From a virus, in the IMG/VR virus record IMGVR_UViG_3300009504_000946, positions 2,558 through 66,557 of that record: 64,000 nt of DNA. One strand, written 5' to 3'. Of the stretch, positions 47,366 to 56,490 are shown in pieces (the stretch's first letter is position 1; each line of letters begins with the position of its first letter). Made by a program: the position numbers and the translations under genes. The notes beneath the pieces are model-generated. The model did no database searches. It saw only the letters and a list, made by a program, of their open reading frames with translations, and had not been told where the DNA came from.

Positions 47366-47401
47366 TACGCAAATCTAAGATAAATGTTTCAAACTTGCAA
47401 A
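47366..47401 (-). promoter_or_regulatory. Overlapping ECF-type and Bacteroidota housekeeping promoters
   Basis: TGAAAC-N16-CGTA (47366-47391) and TTTG-N20-TAGATTTG. Confidence 0.7.
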
Positions 47402-47412
47402 AAAATTTTGTT

Positions 47413-47739
47413 TTATTTTTTAATTATACGCTCAATCTCTTCTATTTCTTTCTTTATCCTATCAATTGAGGCTTTTTCTATGTCTTGGTGAGGATTAGTT
47501 TCTTTTCCATAAGTCTCAAAATTCTTCTCCCTATATTCTTTATCATCAGGCCATCTATTTATTGATTTTTCACGAAACTTAAGTTGATGTCTAAGTTTTC
47601 TTAACTTTTCCTCATCACTTAGTGAGTTAAAATAACTTTCATATTCAGACTGACTTATTACTTTTACACCAAAATGACGTTTCCTTAGCATGAATAAAAT
47701 TAAAAAAACCAGAACAATAATGAAAATCAAGTAAATCAT
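47413..47739 (-). CDS. Hypothetical membrane-anchored protein
   Basis: N-terminal TM helix. Confidence 0.55.
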   Translation of the reverse strand: MIYLIFIIVLVFLILFMLRKRHFGVKVISQSEYESYFNSLSDEEKLRKLRHQLKFREKSINRWPDDKEYREKNFETYGKETNPHQDIEKASIDRIKKEIEEIERIIKK

Positions 47740-49292
47740 TTCAATTCAATTTTGGGAAATAATTTTGATTTTACACACTCTTTAAGTGCTTTTCGAATTT
47801 CACCAACTTTACCAGGTATTACTGGATAATATAGTTCATTCACTTTATTTACTGCATAGTGAACCTCAAGGATAGTAGCCCATCCTTCTTTGCCTTTTTT
47901 CCAGGGCTCCTCATCACCAAACTTTTTATTTAAGCTCTTAACAAGTTTGTTTGTCTCATCAAGTGCTTCAGAAATCTTGTAACTCTCCCAAAGCGGCTTA
48001 ATTACACCATCAATTTGTTGGTCAAATAGCACGCAGAACTCACCATCCTGAACATAACTGTAGTCAAGCTCTATACCTGAGTCATCCCCATAATCCTTAA
48101 GGAACTTTCCCGCAAGATGTCCAACTCTGGACACAAGATTACCAAAATCATCAGCAAGATGACTGTTATGAAGCTCTATAAGCTGATTTTCATCCCAACT
48201 GGAGTTACCATAAGTTCGAAGCCCAGCAAGCGCATAATACCTCACTGCATCAACACCATATTTTTCAATTTGGTCAATAGGGTCAACAACATTTCCTACA
48301 GTCTTAGACATTTTCCTTCCATTAGCATCAAGGATGGTTCCATGAACGAGCAGCTTGTCTGTATTTTTTATTCCAGCACTCAGCAATAGGCCCTGAAGTA
48401 TTACAGCCTGGAACTTAAGGTTGTCTGGACCACAAATTTGAACTACTTCACTGTCAGTCCAAATTTCATCAAAGTCAGAAGAGTGGCCAATCTGGTATTG
48501 TGCAGCAAAAATATAATTTAACAATGCATCAAACCACACATATATTGTCTGCTCATCATCCCCTGGAACTGGCACTCCCCATCTCACAATATTCTTAAGT
48601 CTTGAGATTGAAATATCCTCAACAGAGTCAATTATATTTAGAAACTCACCTCTCTTAGATTTCGGCTCAATAAATTCTGTTGACTTGTATGCCCACGAAT
48701 TAAGCCTATTCTTATACTTGGAAAGTCTGAAGAAGTAATTTTCTTCATTAGTGGTCTGAAGCTGTGTTGTAGGGTGGTCAGGACAAATAAAGTACTTGTG
48801 TGTTTGTAATTTTGGATTTTCCAAAGCTGGGTCAATGCCAGATATTAATTTTTCCTCAAGGTCTTTCTCAAGCTTAAATGATTCGCAACCAACGCAATAG
48901 GTTCCAGAGTATTCTTTCTTATAAATGTCTCCACGTTCAACAGCTTCATTCCAAAACTTTTGAACTCTTATAGCATGCTCACCATCTGAAGTTCTATAAA
49001 AACTATCTTGACTGAAGATTTGAAACTTAGTAATGAAATCTACCCACTTCCCATGTAAACCATCTACATATTCACGAGGAGTGATTCCTTCTTTTTTAGC
49101 TGCTTGCTGAATTTTAAGACCATGCTCATCAAGACCAATGTTGAAAAATACATTATAACCATTGTATTTAAAATAGCGTGCCAGAGCATCTCCTATAATA
49201 AACTCGAATGCATGTCCAATGTGCGGCTTTGAATTCGCATATGGAAGCGTGGTTGTTATGTATTTGTTTTTGTTCATTTTCTTAAAATTCAT
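47736..49292 (-). CDS. metG: Methionyl-tRNA synthetase
   Basis: YITTTLPYANSKPHIGH, DEHGLK, YCVGCE, ISISR..WGVPVP, YVWFDALLNY, KMSKTVGN. Confidence 0.95.
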   Translation of the reverse strand: MNFKKMNKNKYITTTLPYANSKPHIGHAFEFIIGDALARYFKYNGYNVFFNIGLDEHGLKIQQAAKKEGITPREYVDGLHGKWVDFITKFQIFSQDSFYRTSDGEHAIRVQKFWNEAVERGDIYKKEYSGTYCVGCESFKLEKDLEEKLISGIDPALENPKLQTHKYFICPDHPTTQLQTTNEENYFFRLSKYKNRLNSWAYKSTEFIEPKSKRGEFLNIIDSVEDISISRLKNIVRWGVPVPGDDEQTIYVWFDALLNYIFAAQYQIGHSSDFDEIWTDSEVVQICGPDNLKFQAVILQGLLLSAGIKNTDKLLVHGTILDANGRKMSKTVGNVVDPIDQIEKYGVDAVRYYALAGLRTYGNSSWDENQLIELHNSHLADDFGNLVSRVGHLAGKFLKDYGDDSGIELDYSYVQDGEFCVLFDQQIDGVIKPLWESYKISEALDETNKLVKSLNKKFGDEEPWKKGKEGWATILEVHYAVNKVNELYYPVIPGKVGEIRKALKECVKSKLFPKIELK

Positions 49293-49345
49293 AAAGCTTT
49301 AATCTAATTAAAATAGGTAATTATATACTTATTTAACCATAAAAA

Positions 49346-49861
49346 TCACAAGAGATATTTATTGTAATATTCTTTGTATTCTGTTAATTGTGATTTATAG
49401 TTATCATCAGTTAGTCTTGGTAGATTGGTTTCATTCTTTAGTGTTAAATGTTTTAAATTATATAGTTCACACCAAAAATTGTATTGACTTATATTTCCTC
49501 TCGATAGTGCATTTACTGCAAAGGTAAAATATTGAAGTATTTTCCAATCATCTCCATATAAATGTTCAACTTGAAGTCCACTATACATGGGTTTTATAAA
49601 TGAGGTTTCTAATTCTTTTTTTGGCAATCCCCAGGATAAATGTTTACTCACATCTTCTATGTACATAATCTCACAAATTGTATTTACACCAGCTCCTCCA
49701 TAGCTCTTATTTTTGTATGTATAGCCTTCGGTGTCTAACTCTATTATTGTTTTTGGACTATCCAATGCTTTTAACATAAATTCAAACACATCTTTTCCAG
49801 TCATATTAACAAGTTTGTTATATAACTCTTTTATAGGGATTTGTATTTTATTATTTGCCAT
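49346..49861 (-). CDS. Hypothetical protein
   Basis: ORF. Confidence 0.6.
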   Translation of the reverse strand: MANNKIQIPIKELYNKLVNMTGKDVFEFMLKALDSPKTIIELDTEGYTYKNKSYGGAGVNTICEIMYIEDVSKHLSWGLPKKELETSFIKPMYSGLQVEHLYGDDWKILQYFTFAVNALSRGNISQYNFWCELYNLKHLTLKNETNLPRLTDDNYKSQLTEYKEYYNKYLL

Positions 49862-49920
49862 ATATGGTAGATTTTATGTAATTTTTAACCAAAGTTGGGT
49901 TAAATAAGTATATAATTACC

Positions 49921-50196
49921 TTAAAATATAAAGCTTAAAATTGTACCCAATATAGATGCAATCGCTAAATTTATTAAAAAAACAACTGGAATTAATATGA
50001 TTAACACAACCTTTCCAATTGATAATAATTTAGCAGCAATTTTAGTAAATACCCCATAATGCCTTGTCTTGTCGGCACCTGTAATCTTAGCGATACCCTT
50101 TCCAAGGTCAGCATATTCTTGAATCTCGCTGTATTTCCAATAAAATAACCCAGCCTCAACTGCGCAAAGCAGCAATAAAATAATAAGTGTGTACAT
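49921..50196 (-). CDS. Small membrane protein
   Basis: Hydrophobic termini. Confidence 0.55.
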   Translation of the reverse strand: MYTLIILLLLCAVEAGLFYWKYSEIQEYADLGKGIAKITGADKTRHYGVFTKIAAKLLSIGKVVLIILIPVVFLINLAIASILGTILSFIF

Positions 50197-50206
50197 AATT
50201 GTTTTT

Positions 50207-50851
50207 TTATTCAGTTAAACTTCCAGTTTCCGCAAACTTCTGCAACAAAGGTAGTAATTTTTTTACATCTTCACGAGATAGATGCATTCTTGTTGATATT
50301 GAAACTTCTTTTGGAATCTCATACGGCATCCACCCGTTTTTCACACTCTCTGTAATCCCAAGCCTACGAGCATCACTGACCATAATTTCTGGTTTAGGGT
50401 CATCAACCCCAAGCCAAATACAATCTCTCGTTGCAGCTGATGACTTTTGAATTGAGCATTGACTTCCATATTGGTCTTTGAATTTTCCAATAGCAAACCC
50501 TCTTTGAGTAGATGTAATTTCAACTGGGGCTATTACGACAGTGGCAACACCTTCTGTTACATCAAAATCAAGCTCTTTTCCGTCATGATAATAATCCCAC
50601 CAATCATTATCCATTGCTTCATCAACATTATCATGATTAAGCTCTAAGGTGGAGCCATCTTCAAGTCGAACCATGAACTCTTTTACATTTTCAAATAAGA
50701 AAACTGTCTCATCTGTTTCATGAACTTTAACACCATGTTCTTCTTCATATTCAATGCGGCCAAACCAAGCATTTTCTGCATCAAAAACAGGCCAACCCTC
50801 TTTATTGTATTTTTCTTTTCTAAGAGGTTGAAGTGTTATTCTTCCTTTCAT
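50207..50851 (-). CDS. Hypothetical phage protein
   Basis: C-terminal TQRGF..FKDQYG..CSIQKSS..CIWLG..RMHL motif typical of phage hypotheticals. Confidence 0.65.
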   Translation of the reverse strand: MKGRITLQPLRKEKYNKEGWPVFDAENAWFGRIEYEEEHGVKVHETDETVFLFENVKEFMVRLEDGSTLELNHDNVDEAMDNDWWDYYHDGKELDFDVTEGVATVVIAPVEITSTQRGFAIGKFKDQYGSQCSIQKSSAATRDCIWLGVDDPKPEIMVSDARRLGITESVKNGWMPYEIPKEVSISTRMHLSREDVKKLLPLLQKFAETGSLTE

Positions 50852-51297
50852 GTCTTAATCATTTTTTCCATTTTTTCTTGGAGTTCCTTAATTATTTCGA
50901 GATTCTTTAACTGACAAATCTCAAGAGCCTCTGCATAGCTATCATAATAAACATTTCGCTCAACTCCTTTTGATGTCAGAAAGTTTACATCAGTCTTTTT
51001 TTCCATGACAACCCTCTCAGGTCTCCATTCAAGAGCTTTATGATTCTCATCATGAATGAAGCTGTAATGTTCTCTCCTTTGGACAATTTCCCACTTGCCC
51101 CTGACTGGCTCCTCCTTATATGGATTCCAAACAAAAGCTTCAAGTCCATTTTTTTCTATTAAAATAACAGCAGCCTTGGTTTTAAACTTCTGCGCATCTC
51201 TTAGTACTTGAGTCCACTCAAGTTCAATCAACTTAGACTCAATGTTGAATGATGAGGATTTTAAAAAACCTTTTCCACTAACTATAAAATTATTCAT
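50848..51297 (-). CDS. Hypothetical protein
   Basis: Packed ORF. Confidence 0.6.
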   Translation of the reverse strand: MNNFIVSGKGFLKSSSFNIESKLIELEWTQVLRDAQKFKTKAAVILIEKNGLEAFVWNPYKEEPVRGKWEIVQRREHYSFIHDENHKALEWRPERVVMEKKTDVNFLTSKGVERNVYYDSYAEALEICQLKNLEIIKELQEKMEKMIKT

Positions 51298-51356
51298 AAT
51301 TTTTCACTTTTTTTAATAGCCAATTCTTTTTCTCACCTCTTTTTTGTTGCTCACGA

Positions 51357-52397
51357 TTACAAATTTGAGATTATTGCGTCAGTAAACTCCTGTGTCCCTG
51401 CAAATCCTCCAAGGTCACCAGTTACGTGCTTACCCTCCTTAATTGTCTTGAAAATCGCTGCCTCAATTCGGTCAGCATTATCAAAGTCACTAATATTATT
51501 ATCTCGAAGCATCATGCAGGCAGATAAAAGTAGGGATGTTGGATTTGCAATACCTTTGCCAGCGATGTCTGGGGCAGTTCCATGAATCGCCTCGTACACC
51601 GCACAGTCATCACCAATATTTGCCCCAGGAGCAACCCCAAGTCCACCAACAAGAGCAGCACACAAGTCAGAAATAATGTCACCATGAAAATTAGGCGCAA
51701 CAATTACATCAAAAGTTTCTGGACGCTGAATAAGTTGCATGCACATGTTGTCAATGATTCTGTCATCCACAAAATACTTTCCACCATATTCTTTTTGATG
51801 AATATTGTTTATTGAATCCATGAACAACCCATCTGTAAATTTCATGATATTTGCCTTGTGAACAATTGTCAATCTTTTTTTGGAGATTTCTTTGTTAGGA
51901 CGATTTCTGCTCTTTAGCAATTCAAGAGCATATCTTCCAATGCGCTCGCTTGCTTTCCTTGTGATAATTCGAATTGTCTCAGCAGCATCACTGCCAACCA
52001 TGTGTTCAACACCAGCATAAAGACACTCGGTATTCTCACGAACAATCACCATGTCAATAACCTTATCACTCTTGAGTGGAGAATTAACACCCTCAATACT
52101 AACAATTGGCCGAACATTCGCATAGAGGTCAAGCTCCTTTCTGAGGGCAACATTTACGCTTCTAAATCCTTTTCCAACTGGAGTTGTCAGGGGTGCCTTG
52201 AGAGCAACCCTATTTTTTCTAATTGAATCGAGAACTTCTTCTGGCATAGGATTTCCGCCATTAGCACCCATCACTGTTATTCCAGCATTAATTTCTTCCC
52301 ACTCAACCTGCACATCTGCAGCTTTAAATATTTGCTTTACAGAATCGACAATCTCTGGTCCAATTCCATCTCCTGGTATAAGTGTTACTTTTTTCAT
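51357..52397 (-). CDS. Isocitrate/isopropylmalate dehydrogenase family, NAD-IDH-like
   Basis: IPGDGIGPEI, LTTPVGKGFRSVNVALRK, RENTE, HKANIMK, GDIISD, EAIHGTAPDIAGKGIANP. Confidence 0.92.
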   Translation of the reverse strand: MKKVTLIPGDGIGPEIVDSVKQIFKAADVQVEWEEINAGITVMGANGGNPMPEEVLDSIRKNRVALKAPLTTPVGKGFRSVNVALRKELDLYANVRPIVSIEGVNSPLKSDKVIDMVIVRENTECLYAGVEHMVGSDAAETIRIITRKASERIGRYALELLKSRNRPNKEISKKRLTIVHKANIMKFTDGLFMDSINNIHQKEYGGKYFVDDRIIDNMCMQLIQRPETFDVIVAPNFHGDIISDLCAALVGGLGVAPGANIGDDCAVYEAIHGTAPDIAGKGIANPTSLLLSACMMLRDNNISDFDNADRIEAAIFKTIKEGKHVTGDLGGFAGTQEFTDAIISNL

Positions 52398-53926
52398 TTC
52401 TTCAACGTTATTTCACTATAAGTATTGTATCTGTTTGCTTTATCCTTAAAAGCGCTGCTTCCATAGAGGTGTTTAACCACATACGTCCCTGGAGTCACCC
52501 TTGCAACAACATCTCCCTCTCCAGAGTGACCAGCATCTGTCAATGTTTTCTTATCAGCACATTCCCAGCGCCAAACAGAAAGACTGATGTTTCCAAGATG
52601 TGTATACTCTTCTTCAAACTTCTTGTTAAATTTTTCATCAGCAGCTGTTGGCTTTTTATCAGAATAATCATTAGGCTCTTCTCCAAATATCAACTTATTT
52701 CCATCTTTGGATACAAACACATCCATGCTCATATTGCCCATTTGAGCATACCCAAGATTATGAGTCTTTGAAAGATAGTCTTGACGATTAAATCTTCCCT
52801 TCAGAGTTTGCAAAGAGTATTTATCTGAATATTCCTCATTCTCTGGAACACTAAATAGGCTTCCTCGACTTCCATCAACTGCACCAAAATAATTATCAAT
52901 AACTACCTCTCCAGTTGGGAAATTAAGCTCGTATGTATGAACTCTTGATTTTTTATCAGACATCTCACAAACACCAGGAATATCAATTTTATGATTATAA
53001 TTCTCTCCACGCTCCCACATAAAGTATTCAGCATTGTTTTCATTTTTTACGTGAACTCCCAATTTGGCTCCGCAATAATAACAACCAGTTCCATCAAGAT
53101 AGATTTTTTCTCCAATTAGCCTCTTTGCTAATTTTACATCAGCACTTCCGCCATCTTCATCTCTTCTTTCGATTAGCTGATTTATTTCATCACAAGCACC
53201 TCTTCCATAGGGGGCATGACCATTGTATTCGGTCTTTAGAGTTTCTTCCTTTACGTTCTTAACTAAAGTTTCTTCAGCTTTCACGATATTTTTCTTATCC
53301 TCTTCTGAAGCCACTTTAACATTCAACTCAATTTTCTTTGCGATGCTCATATAATGCTTTAACTCTTTTGTTTTTGATAATGTGATTTTTCTCCACATTA
53401 ATGGCAATGATTTATATTTACCAACTATATTTAAAATCTCATCTTCGTCAAGCTCTTCATCAAATGCTCTTTCTGAAAAATCATTCTTTAACATATACTC
53501 CCAAGCAATCGTTTTAAATGCTGGTTTCTTTTTAAGCTTGCTAAGACTTGTTTCGTTGTACATGGATACGAGTTTCTCAAACATTGTAACAGTTCCATAG
53601 ATGTCTCCAATTTCATTACAGAAGTCCTTCATCCACTTTCCAGTCCCCGATGTGGTACCTCTTAAGTTTATTACAGCTCTCTGAAGTGGTCTTCGCTCTT
53701 TACCATCTTTATCCTTGATTGTAACATCTTTTTCTTTCCAAAGTCTATCACTATCTTCTTTTGAAAGAATTTCAACTTCATCAAGACTCTTAATGTGTTC
53801 TAATTTTTCTTTGTCGAAATTTAGAAAAATATATGAATCATTAAAACCCCAACGCTGGATGGTTCCAAAATCTCCTTTTTTAAGAGCTGTTTTTCTGTGT
53901 ACTGGTTTTGCTATTGCTTCTTCCAT
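52394..53926 (-). CDS. Hypothetical protein
   Basis: 510-aa ORF with CYYC motif. Confidence 0.7.
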   Translation of the reverse strand: MEEAIAKPVHRKTALKKGDFGTIQRWGFNDSYIFLNFDKEKLEHIKSLDEVEILSKEDSDRLWKEKDVTIKDKDGKERRPLQRAVINLRGTTSGTGKWMKDFCNEIGDIYGTVTMFEKLVSMYNETSLSKLKKKPAFKTIAWEYMLKNDFSERAFDEELDEDEILNIVGKYKSLPLMWRKITLSKTKELKHYMSIAKKIELNVKVASEEDKKNIVKAEETLVKNVKEETLKTEYNGHAPYGRGACDEINQLIERRDEDGGSADVKLAKRLIGEKIYLDGTGCYYCGAKLGVHVKNENNAEYFMWERGENYNHKIDIPGVCEMSDKKSRVHTYELNFPTGEVVIDNYFGAVDGSRGSLFSVPENEEYSDKYSLQTLKGRFNRQDYLSKTHNLGYAQMGNMSMDVFVSKDGNKLIFGEEPNDYSDKKPTAADEKFNKKFEEEYTHLGNISLSVWRWECADKKTLTDAGHSGEGDVVARVTPGTYVVKHLYGSSAFKDKANRYNTYSEITLKK

Positions 53927-53936
53927 CTTCTATTTT

Positions 53937-54605
53937 TTAAGCCATTGCCATTCCTTCAAACTTATCCATAATAACTTCAATGGAGTTATTTAAAATAAAT
54001 TCATCATAATTTTTCTTACTTCCAAATGAATACTTAAACTCACCCATAACTTTCGTTAATAGAGATTTATCAAAGTCTGGAAACTTGCTCAAAACAACTC
54101 TTCCATTAAACTTTGTGACAATCTCTTTTTTGTTTTTTTCTTTTTGCTTTAAGGCTTCAAGGGCTTCAAAAAAATCAAATTCAACAAATGAGTCTATGTA
54201 TTCAAATGTAATATTCTTACCTGGACTAACAATATTGTTATGCAATAGATAGCGTCTGAAATTATCAAATATTGGGTGTGTTAATTTTTTATCTGGGTCT
54301 GTAAACTCATCTGACTTTAAATAAGGAGATGATGCCACGAGGGCAAACATTTGCTCAACTGTTTCACACCCATTATAGAACAGGTTTGGGTCCATCTCAA
54401 GAAATTGAAACAACTCAAAAGCTTCATCTAATATTAGGATGTCTCCAACTTTGGATTGATGATTCTCAACGCTTAACTTTTCTTCGTAAACAACGCCTTC
54501 ATCTGTTAGCTTTAACCCAGACCCCTTTATAATCTTTCCAATCAACATATTAATACCATATGCTGGGTCTTCTTTTGGGAGATAAAATGCTTCTGAAATT
54601 TTCAT
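53937..54605 (-). CDS. Hypothetical protein
   Basis: ORF downstream of a promoter motif. Confidence 0.65.
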   Translation of the reverse strand: MKISEAFYLPKEDPAYGINMLIGKIIKGSGLKLTDEGVVYEEKLSVENHQSKVGDILILDEAFELFQFLEMDPNLFYNGCETVEQMFALVASSPYLKSDEFTDPDKKLTHPIFDNFRRYLLHNNIVSPGKNITFEYIDSFVEFDFFEALEALKQKEKNKKEIVTKFNGRVVLSKFPDFDKSLLTKVMGEFKYSFGSKKNYDEFILNNSIEVIMDKFEGMAMA

Positions 54606-54632
54606 AATAAAATTATTGATTCAATTTATTTA

Positions 54633-54658
54633 TACGAAAAAAAAAGAGGAATGTTTCA
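54633..54658 (-). promoter_or_regulatory. ECF-sigma-type promoter
   Basis: TGAAAC-N16-CGTATAA. Confidence 0.75.
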
Positions 54659-55054
54659 AATCCTCTTTTTGTTTTTATTTTTTCTATATGTAATGTGGTC
54701 AACAAATCGTCCATCAACCATATACCCCCACTCCTTAAAAGTTCTCCTTCCAACAATAGCCAGTGTATAGGTTGGAGACTTAATCATTTCCTTAATTTTA
54801 TGGAAATCACTTAAATTCGCCTTAGCCATGTGACCAGACTTTCTGACCCTAAGCCTACCACTGTGAAGCTCCTCAACGTAGCCTCCGCTTAGAATCATTG
54901 TCCATATCTTCCAAGGATGGTTGTGCAAGTGGTCATCTTCATCTTTATGATAAATACCATGAATGTAAATATCAAACCAAGGAGTCTTCAATAGTCTCCA
55001 TCGCTTAAAGTGAAGAACTCCTTCCTTACTCTTGATTTCTTTTATTAATTTCAT
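54656..55054 (-). CDS. Cupin-like protein
   Basis: HLHNHPW..ILSGGYVEE..FHKI; start MKLIKE. Confidence 0.65.
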   Translation of the reverse strand: MKLIKEIKSKEGVLHFKRWRLLKTPWFDIYIHGIYHKDEDDHLHNHPWKIWTMILSGGYVEELHSGRLRVRKSGHMAKANLSDFHKIKEMIKSPTYTLAIVGRRTFKEWGYMVDGRFVDHITYRKNKNKKRI

Positions 55055-55301
55055 TGATTTGTTTTTTAAGAAGTTCAACCTCAAGAAGTTCTTTTGTTTG
55101 ATTTACCACAAATACTCCATGATAATTATGGTATACGTGAAATTCCATATCATTTTTGTTAACAATATCCATCAACACATCTCCAGTATCATATTTATAA
55201 TCATGAGGAGCTACTCTTTGACCAGCTGAAGCTTGTCTTGGTCCAACCTCACAACATACCATCAGCATTGTGAGCATTGTTAATCCTAAAATCTTTTTCA
55301 T
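55026..55301 (-). CDS. Hypothetical secreted protein or lipoprotein
   Basis: MKKILGLTMLTMLMVCC signal. Confidence 0.55.
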   Translation of the reverse strand: MKKILGLTMLTMLMVCCEVGPRQASAGQRVAPHDYKYDTGDVLMDIVNKNDMEFHVYHNYHGVFVVNQTKELLEVELLKKQINEINKRNQE

Positions 55302-55330
55302 AATTAATTGTTTTTACAAATGTAATAAAA

Positions 55331-55577
55331 AATAAGCAAAGACTCATAACCAGGTTTCTGTCTTGGGTTATCATTTGTCTATTGTCCGCTACCCGAACCT
55401 CACTGGAGCAGCTCACCCTCCTAAGCTCTGTTTGCGTTTCACCTCGGCAGGAATTTCACTTATGGTGGTACTTATAATGCCATCTTTCGAAGGCTCCCAC
55501 ACCGCCTAAACTGTGGTGGCCTGAGTTTGTCCTCTCCTCTCATTCGAGTCGGAGCGATAACCTCGTCTTTACTTATT
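55331..55577 (-). ncRNA. rnpB: RNase P RNA, compact (~247 nt)
   Basis: P1 AATAAGTAAAGAC/GTCTTTGCTTATT; CR-I-like GAGGACAAACTCAGGC; CR-IV AGACAAATGAT; CR-V ACAGAAACCTGGTTAT. Confidence 0.85.
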
Positions 55578-56444
55578 TTCGTTAATTTCCCTGATTAAAT
55601 GTGAATACTTATTTTCAAATTCCTTATAATTTTTTGGCATGTCAACATAGTAGTCATGTCCAATGTATAGACTACATGGTCTCTCATGCTCCGTAATAGT
55701 TGTCTTCCCCTTATCAATACCCATTGATGGCGTTCTCTCTGTCGTGTACTTAATTACAATATTCTCATTTATCCACTGAGGTCTTGAGTGATGTGTAGTC
55801 TTTAACTCAAAACCAAGTGACTTCATCTGGTTTGACATAAATTCATTGGTCTCATAGTTTTCTATGACCTCTTTAACAATTTGCATATCCCTCTTTTCAC
55901 CCCATCTTCCACCCTCCTTTTGCCAGATACATAATTCATGAATTGGCCTAAGCTGTCTATCATTAAAATCTGGGTCTATTACAAATAGGCACCAACTTGC
56001 TTCTGAGCTTACAGAGCCAGACATTCTATCAGTATATGCTGAGTGTGAATCTACTTTAAATATGGCGTAGCAACCATCATCTGATACCCACTGAAGTTTC
56101 TTGTGGCTACTCCATGTAGTTCCAGAATAAAATGCCTTGAACATTTTTATTAGCTCATCGTTATACTCCTTTGGGTCAAGTCCATCTTGAATTTTTCTCA
56201 ATAAATCTCTTGAGTATGCAAGTTCTTCATTAGCAAATTTGATGTCATCCTGAGCATTCTTACGGTACTCAACTTGAATTTGGTATTTTCTATTTTCAAG
56301 CTCAGCTTTCTTTTTTGATAATTCGTCAAGTTCCTCTTGAATCTTTTGATACTCAGGAATATGCCTATAGCCCTCTCTGGCATCAAGCAGTCGTTGCTCA
56401 TCAGCCTTGATTAATTCCTTTATTTCTTTTTGAGTCATCGACAT
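55569..56444 (-). CDS. Hypothetical protein with N-terminal coiled coil
   Basis: ORF. Confidence 0.65.
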   Translation of the reverse strand: MSMTQKEIKELIKADEQRLLDAREGYRHIPEYQKIQEELDELSKKKAELENRKYQIQVEYRKNAQDDIKFANEELAYSRDLLRKIQDGLDPKEYNDELIKMFKAFYSGTTWSSHKKLQWVSDDGCYAIFKVDSHSAYTDRMSGSVSSEASWCLFVIDPDFNDRQLRPIHELCIWQKEGGRWGEKRDMQIVKEVIENYETNEFMSNQMKSLGFELKTTHHSRPQWINENIVIKYTTERTPSMGIDKGKTTITEHERPCSLYIGHDYYVDMPKNYKEFENKYSHLIREINENK

Positions 56445-56453
56445 AATATATTA

Positions 56454-56479
56454 TACGTGACAAAAGGAAAAATGTTTCA
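56454..56479 (-). promoter_or_regulatory. ECF-sigma-type promoter
   Basis: TGAAAC-N16-CGTATAA. Confidence 0.75.
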
Positions 56480-56490
56480 AAAACTAAATT

